A DNA stretch of 64,000 nt from Candidatus Dormiibacterota bacterium. GTDB taxonomy: Bacteria; Chloroflexota; Dormibacteria; Aeolococcales; Bog-877. A program made the translations under genes and the position numbers. How positions within the stretch are numbered: the stretch's first letter is position 1; every line of letters begins with the position of its first letter. The stretch covers positions 2,610 through 66,609 of the forward strand of contig DAHWNZ010000007.1 of the NCBI GenBank assembly GCA_027339635.1, in the 5' to 3' direction. This document shows positions 54,554 through 62,265 of this stretch, in pieces. The notes beneath the pieces are model-generated. The model ran no database searches, was not told the origin of the DNA, and saw only the letters and a program-made list of their open reading frames with translations.

Positions 54554-55363
54554 ATGGTCACAGTTCCCTTCCGCTACCTGCACCATCTGGTCACGGTCCC
54601 GGTGCTCGTTGGGGGCATCGAGACAACCTTTGTGCTGGACTCCGGGATCGGTCTGACGCTTGTCTCGGGCTCAGTGGCGACCTTGGCGGGCTGCGAGCGG
54701 ACCGGCGCGACTTATACGGGACGCAGGATGTCCGGCCAGGAGGTGACGATCCCACTTGCATCCCTTGGCTCACTCGTCATCGGGGGCCACCGCCGTGAGG
54801 ACCTTGACGTCGGCATCTTCGACATCGCTGGTCTGGACGGTATCGGCGGATTCCTGTCCCTCGACTTCTTTCGGACAAAACCGGTGACGGTCGACTACCC
54901 AGCGGGAGCAATCGAGCTCGAAGAAGCGGACTCCTTGGCTGCCCGAGCTGGATCCGGGATTGCCGTCGACGTACGAGTGGAGCAGGACGCGCACTCCACG
55001 ACGGTCTTCCTCCCCCTTGACGTCCCCACACGGGGTTCGATCTCGGTGGAGGTCGACATGGGTAGTGACTCGCTGATTGTTGACGAGGCGCTAGCAGGCG
55101 ATCTTGGGATCAACCTCACAGAAGCGAGCACCCAGAGAGTCGATGGGCGGGACGAGACCGGCTCCGAGTACACCCGTTACTTCACGCAGCTCCGAGGAGT
55201 GGTGAATGTGACGGGAGCTCCGTCCATCTGCCAACGAGATCCCAAGGTCATGGTCCAGAAGATCATCTACGATGGACTTGTCGGCGATGCGTTTCTCAGG
55301 AACTTCATAGTCACGTACGACCTCCAAAACGCCCGGATGATCTTCGCGCGGCCCAAGGGGTGA
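54554..55363 (+). CDS. retropepsin-like (clan AA) aspartic protease, two-lobed
   Basis: Lobe 1 has TFVLDSGIGLTLV...DGIGGFLSLDFF. Lobe 2 has ISVEVDMGSDSLIV...DGLVGDAFLRNF. ATG 54554; the upstream ORF part is rejected. Confidence 0.7.
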   Translation: MVTVPFRYLHHLVTVPVLVGGIETTFVLDSGIGLTLVSGSVATLAGCERTGATYTGRRMSGQEVTIPLASLGSLVIGGHRREDLDVGIFDIAGLDGIGGFLSLDFFRTKPVTVDYPAGAIELEEADSLAARAGSGIAVDVRVEQDAHSTTVFLPLDVPTRGSISVEVDMGSDSLIVDEALAGDLGINLTEASTQRVDGRDETGSEYTRYFTQLRGVVNVTGAPSICQRDPKVMVQKIIYDGLVGDAFLRNFIVTYDLQNARMIFARPKG

Positions 55364-55646
55364 CGGAGCACGCCCCAATCGGTGCGGGCCGCAATTCGAC
55401 GGAGCCGCCCGTCGGGGACGACGGGCGGCCGGGCAAAGCAGGCGGCCCTCGGCGCCGAGGTCGCCTCGCGAAGCTAATTGAAGAACGGCGCCTGTGCCAG
55501 CGACCGCGTCTCGGAACGGTGGGGCCACCGGTCTTCATGGAGATTGCCCAGACGATGCTCCACCCACCCGCCTCAATGCGACCACTCTGGCCATCGTTGA
55601 TCGCGAGGAGCACCCGGTGAACAGGTCGCTCATCGGGCGGGTCAGT

Positions 55647-56222
55647 TCAATGCCCAGCTACCCTATCTCCTGGCAGCGCTGACCCGGAATAGACTGCGCC
55701 CATCCACTTGGTCCCGGGTGGAGCGGACACGGAAACTGCGAACCGACCGGGAACTCCCGGGCCCGACAAGGTGTCGATCTCGCTCCAATTCGCACCCGGA
55801 GCGGATGCGCATTGCACCGTAAGTCCAGATCTCCCTGACATTGGCAACGGGCCCACGAGATCAACCTCCACCGGCCCCTGGCCGACACACGTTGCCGCGA
55901 TTGTGTAGTCGGCAGTAGAGAGGTGGATCACGGAACCCTGCACAAGGTTTCCAACCCCGCCCAGCAGTGGGGTGAGCTGCCTGGTGCTACTGGGCAGTTT
56001 GCTAAGTGCAGTCGGGCCCCCGGTTCCGCAGCCGGCCAGGCACAAACCCAACGCAGCCAGCCCAATTGTCCAACCGCGCCGCCGCTTGTGAAGAAATCCC
56101 AGGGAGGAGCAGCGGCGAGGTCCCACAGAGACGGTCGGTATTGCCGAGGCATTGCTGAATTGGTTGCCAGACTGGGCCCGCCCAGTCAAAGCATTGTCCG
56201 GATTCGGCTCCGCGCGATTCAT
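55647..56222 (-). CDS. hypothetical lipoprotein (lower-GC gene)
   Basis: Signal peptide KRRRGWTIGLAALGLCLAGCG (lipobox LAGC). The start is uncertain (56267, 56222 or GTG 56126). Codon usage has visibly more A/T-ending codons than neighbouring genes. Confidence 0.6.
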   Translation of the reverse strand: MNRAEPNPDNALTGRAQSGNQFSNASAIPTVSVGPRRCSSLGFLHKRRRGWTIGLAALGLCLAGCGTGGPTALSKLPSSTRQLTPLLGGVGNLVQGSVIHLSTADYTIAATCVGQGPVEVDLVGPLPMSGRSGLTVQCASAPGANWSEIDTLSGPGVPGRFAVSVSAPPGTKWMGAVYSGSALPGDRVAGH

Positions 56223-56736
56223 GTTCAGAACCTGATCAACATTACTGGTAGCGAAGCATCGTACCACCCCAATCGGACTCCCCCGGGGCGATGGGCCGAG
56301 ACTCGCTTTGACTGAAAGAATTCGATTAACTGACGGTTAAACCCACCACACCAGACAACGCACCGGGAGGCAATCCGCTCCACCCACTCATTTCCTCGGT
56401 GTCGGTCACGTCATCGGTACCAAGCGAAGTAATGGGTGTGGGCCGGCGCTGTCGGCGGCCCAAAATGCGTCAAATCACCGCGGGATGCGGCCTCTCATGG
56501 CCCGGAGTTGGATGGGCTGGAACAGTAGTCCGCTCCGCCCTCGAAAGCGGCCCTTGTTCCGCTCCCCCCAGGGTTGAAATTCCAGAGGAAGCGGTCCAGA
56601 CCGCCACCGCACCCGGACTGACGATCACCGCCGCCCGCGCCACGATCGCAGCCGTCTCGACAGGCGGCGCCCCGGTGGCGGCGAGGTGGAGCAGCGCCCA
56701 AGGCAGGTGCGGCCGGCCATGGTCGCCACGGCTGGC

Positions 56737-57573
56737 TCAGGCATCGAAGAGGCCATCGAGCTGGCGGTAGCGAGCGCGCCGACGCGCGGGGTCGAAGCCT
56801 CGGTCCGTCAGCTGCTTGACTCGTGCGACCAGGCGGGGCCGCAGGATTGCGGCGGTGGCGTCCCAGTCGGTGTGAGCGCCGCCGGCGGGCTCGGGGACGA
56901 TCTCGTCCGCAATGCCCCATTCCAGCAGATTGCTCGCCTCCAAGCGCAGAGCCGCCGCCGCATGCTGCTTCTGGCCCGCGTCGCGGAAGAGGATCGCGGC
57001 CGCCGCCTCCGGCGACGCCACCGAGAGGAAGGCATGCTCCAAGACCATGACTGAATCCGCCAGCAGGGTGGCCAGCGCTCCGCCGCTTCCCCCTTCGCCG
57101 ATGACCACCGCCAGGTAGGGGGTGGGCAGGGCCAGCTGAGCCTCCAACGTCTGGGCGATCGCCCATGCCTGCCCCCGTTCCTCTGCCGCGACCCCGGGGT
57201 ACGCCCCCGGGGTGTCGATGAAGCTCACCACCGGCAGCTTGAGTCTCCCGGCCAGCGTGAAGAGCCGCTGGGCCTTGCGGTAGCCCTCCGGATGGGCCAT
57301 CCCAAAGTTGCGCCGACCGCGCTCCTCAAGAGTTCGCCCCTTCTGGTTGGCCACCACCGCCAGGCGCTGGCCCTCCAGACGAGCCAGCCCGATCACCATG
57401 GCCCCGTCGTCTCCACCCTGCCGGTCTCCGTGCAGCTCGATGAAGTCATCCAGGCATCGCTGGATCAGGTCGAGTGCGTAGGGGCGGTCGGGGTGCCGAG
57501 AGACCTCCACATGAGCCCAGGCGGCTGCCGCAACCTCCTCGTCCGCCCGGACCCCAGGATCCGTTGGCGTCAT
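56737..57573 (-). CDS. accA: acetyl-CoA carboxylase carboxyltransferase subunit alpha
   Basis: PVVSFIDTPGAYPGVAAEERGQAWAIA and GEGGSGGALA motifs. ATGA overlap with accD. Confidence 0.9.
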   Translation of the reverse strand: MTPTDPGVRADEEVAAAAWAHVEVSRHPDRPYALDLIQRCLDDFIELHGDRQGGDDGAMVIGLARLEGQRLAVVANQKGRTLEERGRRNFGMAHPEGYRKAQRLFTLAGRLKLPVVSFIDTPGAYPGVAAEERGQAWAIAQTLEAQLALPTPYLAVVIGEGGSGGALATLLADSVMVLEHAFLSVASPEAAAAILFRDAGQKQHAAAALRLEASNLLEWGIADEIVPEPAGGAHTDWDATAAILRPRLVARVKQLTDRGFDPARRRARYRQLDGLFDA

Positions 57574-58421
57574 GCCAGGGCCCGGTCGCTCTCCCGGGGC
57601 GGGGCAGCCAGCACCGCCAATAGCCTGCCGAGTTCCGCCTTCAACTCCCGGCGGTCCACCACCCGATCGATCAGGCCGCGGGCATGGTGGAACTCAGAGG
57701 TCTGGAAGCCCGCCGGCAGCTGCTCGTAGGTCGCCTGGGTGATCACGCGGGCCCCGGTGAACCCGATCATCGCCTTGGGCTCGGCCAGGATCACATCGCC
57801 CAGCGCGGCGAAGCTAGCGATGCTCCCACCCATGGTCGGGTCGACCAGGATGGAGATGAAGGGGAGGTGCGCCTCCGCAAGCTGGTGGAGGGCGGACACG
57901 CTCTTGGCCATCTGCATCAGGGAGAAGACGCCCTCCTGCATCCTGGCGCCACCCGACGATGTGACGCAGACGAAGGGAAGCTGCTGAGCCGAGCTGTGCT
58001 CGATCGCACGGGCCAGGCGCTCTCCCACCGCGGTCGAGAGGCTGCCCCCCAGGAATCCGAAGTCGAAGGCCGCGAGCCCGACCGGGTGCCCCTCGATCAA
58101 GGCGGATCCGGTCAGCAGGGCGTCGGGCAATTGCTGGCGGGCCCTCGCCTCATCTAGCCTCTCGGTGTAGGCGCGGGTGTCGAAGAATCCCAGGCGGTCG
58201 GTCCCGGCCAGGGTCCCGTCCCACTCTTGGAAGGTGCCCTTGTCAGCCAACTGCCTGATCCGCTCGTGGGCGCCGATCCGGGCATGGTGGGAGCATCCGG
58301 GACAGACGTAGAGACTGCCGGCCACCTGGGCGGCCGGGTAGGTGGCCTTGCAGGCCGAGCAGACAAAGCTGGAAGTGTCCCCAAGTGATTTGGAGCGAAT
58401 GTACGCGGGACTAATCGACAT
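57570..58421 (-). CDS. accD: acetyl-CoA carboxylase carboxyltransferase subunit beta
   Basis: N-terminal Zn ribbon CSAC...CPGC, followed by FGFLGGSLS and SGGARMQEG motifs. Confidence 0.92.
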   Translation of the reverse strand: MSISPAYIRSKSLGDTSSFVCSACKATYPAAQVAGSLYVCPGCSHHARIGAHERIRQLADKGTFQEWDGTLAGTDRLGFFDTRAYTERLDEARARQQLPDALLTGSALIEGHPVGLAAFDFGFLGGSLSTAVGERLARAIEHSSAQQLPFVCVTSSGGARMQEGVFSLMQMAKSVSALHQLAEAHLPFISILVDPTMGGSIASFAALGDVILAEPKAMIGFTGARVITQATYEQLPAGFQTSEFHHARGLIDRVVDRRELKAELGRLLAVLAAPPRESDRALA

Positions 58422-58520
58422 CAGCGTTCTCCCTCACGAGTGTCCGTCTCGGTGGCCGGGCCGGCCCGTCGGCCCACGCTGGCCATAGGTCTCACGCTCA
58501 CATAGTCCCTGGCCGCGGGA

Positions 58521-58562
58521 AAGGTTACGAGCGAGCCCCAATCCGGCCGAGTGCGTAACCTT
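58521..58562. promoter_or_regulatory. 9-bp perfect inverted repeat upstream of fabH (operator or leader hairpin candidate)
   Basis: AAGGTTACG-N24-CGTAACCTT. The right arm ends 28 nt before the fabH ATG, inside the accD/fabH divergent region. Confidence 0.3.
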
Positions 58563-58589
58563 GACCGAAGATTGAACCTTGCAGACCCC

Positions 58590-59663
58590 ATGGGATCGGT
58601 TTGGCAGGCACCCTCTCCGGAGCTGGGCTGTCGCATCATGGCTCTGGGGACCGCGCTGCCCCAGACCCGGGTAACCAACTCTGATCTGGAGGGCTTTCTC
58701 GAGACCTCCGACGAGTGGATCTCGAGCCGAACTGGGATCAGGGAGCGTCGCTTGGCACTTCCCGGTGAGACCCTGGTGGGTCTCGCGGCGAGGGCGGCCG
58801 CGGCGGCCCTCGCCGCGGCTGGGATTGGCCCCCAGGCCGTCGACACAGTCATCTGCTCGAGCAGCTCACCCGACGAGACCTTTCCCTCCCTGGCGTGCCG
58901 GCTTCAGGCTGAGCTGGGTTTGCCCCATGGCCCTGCGTTCGATGTCCAGGCCGCCTGCTCGGGGGCTGTCTACGGCCTCGCGCTGGCCCAGTCATTGATC
59001 CAGACAGGCCTCAGCCAGCGCGTGCTGGTCGTCTCCGCCGAGATCTTCTCCCGTCTGGTGGACTGGTCCGACCGCTCCACCGCGGTCCTGTTTGGGGACG
59101 GCGCGGGCGCGTTTCTGGTCGGGGGTCCGGAGGCGGCGGGCAGTCAGGTGCTGGCCATCGACCTGGGTGCCGACGGATCGGGGGCGGCGGCTCTGGGGAC
59201 GCAACCGTTCTCGCAGACGGCGGGTGCGGAAGTTGCTCTGCCGGCCTACACAGCTGCTCCCAGGTCCCTGGGGCGGGTGATCACGATGAACGGCCGAGAG
59301 GTCTTCAGGTTCAGCACCAAGATTCTGGAACAGCTGGTAGTAAGGCTCGCTCAATCAGCCGGCGTCGAGGTCGACCAGATCTCGCTGGTGGTTCCCCACC
59401 AGGCCAATTCCCGCATCCTGGCGACTGCTGCGGGACGCCTCAACTTTCCCATCGAGCGCTTTTTGACAAATCTGGACCGGACCGGCAACACCTCTTCGGC
59501 GTCAATTCCCCTGGCTCTTGCCGAGGGTGCCCTGGAAGGTGCCTGCACCCCAGGCGATCTGGTGGGCCTCATCGCCTTTGGGGCCGGACTGACCTGGGGC
59601 GGGATACTTCTGCGCTGGGGCGACACCGCCGTCTCGGTCGACGACCCGGCGGGGCGCCAATGA
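58590..59663 (+). CDS. fabH: beta-ketoacyl-ACP synthase III
   Basis: TSDEWISSRTGIRERR, active-site Cys in QAACSGAVYGL, His in VPHQAN, Asn in GNTSSASIP. The ATG 58590 start precedes the conserved CRIMALGTALP. Confidence 0.9.
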   Translation: MGSVWQAPSPELGCRIMALGTALPQTRVTNSDLEGFLETSDEWISSRTGIRERRLALPGETLVGLAARAAAAALAAAGIGPQAVDTVICSSSSPDETFPSLACRLQAELGLPHGPAFDVQAACSGAVYGLALAQSLIQTGLSQRVLVVSAEIFSRLVDWSDRSTAVLFGDGAGAFLVGGPEAAGSQVLAIDLGADGSGAAALGTQPFSQTAGAEVALPAYTAAPRSLGRVITMNGREVFRFSTKILEQLVVRLAQSAGVEVDQISLVVPHQANSRILATAAGRLNFPIERFLTNLDRTGNTSSASIPLALAEGALEGACTPGDLVGLIAFGAGLTWGGILLRWGDTAVSVDDPAGRQ

Positions 59664-59667
59664 GGGT

Positions 59668-60981
59668 ATGGATGGGCTGGCCTTCGCTCGGCTCAGAGCG
59701 GGCAGAGGGCTGCCGGTGACCGCCGCTCAAGGTGCCTCGCGGCGAGTCGTGGTGACGGGCCTCGGGGCGGTCACGCCGCTGGGGATTGGGGTCGACGCCA
59801 CCTGGGCTGGGCTGTGTGCCGCCAAGAATGGCATTGCCCGGATTCAGTGCTTCGACCCGGCTCCTTTCGCGTCCCAGATGGCGGGCGAGGTCCTGGACTT
59901 CGACCCTGGCGACTTCATTGAACGCAAGCAGATAAGCCGCACGGCCCGCTTTACCCAGTTCGCTCTGGCGGCGACATCCGAGGCGCTGACCCAGTCGGGT
60001 CTGAGCATCGATGACGCCAACCGTGATCTGGTCGGCGTGATTGTGGGATCTGGGATCGGAGGGCTCAAGGTTACCGAGGAGGCTGCCTATACCCTGGCGG
60101 ACAAGGGGCCGAGGAGGCTCAGCCCATTCACCGTGCCGATGATTCTGGCGGACATCGCCGCGGGAGAGATAGCCATGCGCTTCGGGGCCAGCGGTCCCAA
60201 CTTCGCGCTCGTTTCGGCCTGCGCCAGTGGGGGTCACGCCATTGGGGAGGCGGGGGAGATTATCCGCCGGGGGGACGCCGTCGCCTGCATCTGCGGCGGC
60301 ACGGAGGCTTCCATCACCCCTTTGGCCGTCGGTGCCTTCAGCTCCATGCGGGCCTTGTCCCAGCGCAACGACGATCCGGAGCACGCCAGCCGTCCCTTCG
60401 ACGCCGGGCGCGACGGCTTTGTCATTGCCGAGGCGTGTGGCATCCTGATCCTTGAGGAATACGAGCACGCCCAACAGCGAGGGGCCACCATCCTGGCCGA
60501 GCTCGCCGGTTACGGTGCCAGCGCCGACGCCTACCATCTCACGGCGCCGGAACCGACCGGCAGAGGAGCTCGCCGAGCCATGCAGCGGGCTTTGGAGAAG
60601 GCGGGAGCCCTGCCGGAGGACGTCGACTACATCAATGCCCACGGGACATCGACTCCCATGAACGACGCTGCCGAGACCATGGCGATCAAGCAGGTGCTGG
60701 GCCAGCGGGCGTACGAGATCCCGATTTCCTCCACCAAGTCGATGACCGGACATAGTCTCGGGGCTGCCGGGGCCATCGAGTCCGTCTTTTCGGTGATGGC
60801 GATCTCAGACGGCACCGTGCCACCGACCATCAACTATGAAACCGCCGACCCGGAATGCGATCTCGACTTCGTCACTACGGGAGCGCGCGTGGTCTGGCCC
60901 AAACTGGTGCTGAACAACTCGTTCGGCTTCGGGGGGCACAACGCCTGTCTGGCCTTCGCCCGCCTCGACCCAGAGCGCTGA
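59668..60981 (+). CDS. fabF: beta-ketoacyl-ACP synthase II
   Basis: VVVTGLGAVTPLG, active-site Cys in SACASGGHAIG, INAHGTSTP, and KSMTGHSLGAAGA. Confidence 0.95.
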   Translation: MDGLAFARLRAGRGLPVTAAQGASRRVVVTGLGAVTPLGIGVDATWAGLCAAKNGIARIQCFDPAPFASQMAGEVLDFDPGDFIERKQISRTARFTQFALAATSEALTQSGLSIDDANRDLVGVIVGSGIGGLKVTEEAAYTLADKGPRRLSPFTVPMILADIAAGEIAMRFGASGPNFALVSACASGGHAIGEAGEIIRRGDAVACICGGTEASITPLAVGAFSSMRALSQRNDDPEHASRPFDAGRDGFVIAEACGILILEEYEHAQQRGATILAELAGYGASADAYHLTAPEPTGRGARRAMQRALEKAGALPEDVDYINAHGTSTPMNDAAETMAIKQVLGQRAYEIPISSTKSMTGHSLGAAGAIESVFSVMAISDGTVPPTINYETADPECDLDFVTTGARVVWPKLVLNNSFGFGGHNACLAFARLDPER

Positions 60982-60987
60982 GCAGAA

Positions 60988-61043
60988 CCCGCCGCGGTTG
61001 ATCGGCGGCGCCGCTGGGTCCGAGCGCAGAGCTCCGCGGCGGG
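60988..61043 (+). terminator. 10-bp perfect inverted repeat after fabF (candidate terminator hairpin, long loop, no U-tract)
   Basis: CCCGCCGCGG (60988-60997) pairs with CCGCGGCGGG (61034-61043). Starts 7 nt after the fabF stop. Confidence 0.3.
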
Positions 61044-61187
61044 ATGGCCCGTCGGCAGCTCCGGTTGTGTCGACCCTCCTTAACTGCCCCATAGCTTTTC
61101 AATAGCTCCCCCTTAAGAGCCATCCCGCAACGATGGACCGGTTCGCTCCGGACGGCTCCGGGGCCGGCCTGGTTGAGGGAGTCGAGG

Positions 61188-62261
61188 ATGAGAATTACGG
61201 GGCTGAGATCGCACCACTTCAAACGACCTGCGCGCTGGCGGCCGACAGCACTGGCCATGGGTGGGTTGGCGCTCATCCTCACGGGTTGCGGCACCACCGC
61301 GGCAGCCCACGCCTCGGCCAAGAAAGTTCCCCTGATCGTCTACGCAGCCGAGGGCTACGACGCCAACACCGTGGCTGCCTTCCAGGCCCGGACCGGCATC
61401 CCAACGCAGCTTGTTGATGACTCCACCGGGCCCTTGCTGGCCAAGATTCAGGCCGAGGCCAACAACCCTCAGTGGGGCCTTCTCTGGGTTGATGGCGATG
61501 AGGCATTCGCCGCATTGGACAAGCAGCACTACCTATTGCGAGGGTTCGAGCCCACAGTGGCTTGGACGGCCGCAGCTCTGCGGGTCTTGCCTGCGGACCA
61601 CAGCTATGTGCCCACCGGCTTCACCGCGATGCCGGCGGTCGTCTACAACCGTCAGGTCGTCTCCACGCCCCCCACCACTTGGCAGCAGTTGCTAGAGCCG
61701 CAATGGAAGAACGCAGTCGGGATGAACAATCCCGCGGTGTCGGGGCCGACCTACCCGTTCGTGGCGGGCATGATGCAGTACCTGGGAGGCGTGACCAAGG
61801 GGGAGTCGTACTTCGAGCAGCTCAAGGCCAACGGGCTCAAGATTTACCCCACCAACAAGCCCACCCTGGCGGCCCTGATTCAGGGCCAGATCAAGCTGGC
61901 CCTGGTCCAGAACTCGGCCGGGATCGGGGCCGCATTTCAGGACAGGAGCCTCAAGCTCGCCTACCTCGATCCCGTCACCCTGCTTCCCTCCATAATCGGG
62001 ATCGACGGCAGGGCCTCGGCCCAGGAACAGGCGGAAGCAAAGCAGTTCGTCGACTTCGTCTTCTCCTCCGCAGGGCAGCACCAGCGGCTCATTGGCGATC
62101 CCCACGGTGACTCCCTGTTCTGGCCAGTAGTCAAGGGGTATCCGCAGCTGGCCGCCGTCCCCCCTTTCAGCTCCATCCCCTATCAGATCCTCAATGCCTA
62201 CACTTGGGGGCCGCGCGAGGCGACCATAGACGAATGGTTCTCTAACAACATCGTCGCCTGA
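61188..62261 (+). CDS. ABC transporter substrate-binding lipoprotein (family 1, Fe3+/thiamine-type)
   Basis: Lipobox LILTGCG after an Arg-rich n-region. PLIVYAAEGYD...GPLLAKIQAE...WGLLWVDGD resembles FbpA/AfuA-like binding proteins. The substrate is uncertain. Confidence 0.8.
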   Translation: MRITGLRSHHFKRPARWRPTALAMGGLALILTGCGTTAAAHASAKKVPLIVYAAEGYDANTVAAFQARTGIPTQLVDDSTGPLLAKIQAEANNPQWGLLWVDGDEAFAALDKQHYLLRGFEPTVAWTAAALRVLPADHSYVPTGFTAMPAVVYNRQVVSTPPTTWQQLLEPQWKNAVGMNNPAVSGPTYPFVAGMMQYLGGVTKGESYFEQLKANGLKIYPTNKPTLAALIQGQIKLALVQNSAGIGAAFQDRSLKLAYLDPVTLLPSIIGIDGRASAQEQAEAKQFVDFVFSSAGQHQRLIGDPHGDSLFWPVVKGYPQLAAVPPFSSIPYQILNAYTWGPREATIDEWFSNNIVA

Positions 62262-62265
62262 GCAG

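Noticed and set aside
56495-56737. Gly/Cys-rich peptide-like reading (…CRDGCDRGAGGGDRQSGCGGGLDRFLWNFNPGGSGTRAAFEGGADYCSSPSNSGP*) downstream of accA, considered as a RiPP or bacteriocin precursor. Also considered: the in-frame continuation after the accA stop (…LPWALLHLAATGAPPVETAAIVARAAVIV…).
   Set aside because: The peptide-like reading has no ATG or GTG start with an SD (only a TTG) and is the tail of an antisense ORF (56495..57166). Three frames are open here with similar GC3. No modification enzymes or dedicated transporter are adjacent. AccA is complete without read-through. I leave it as unresolved spacer.
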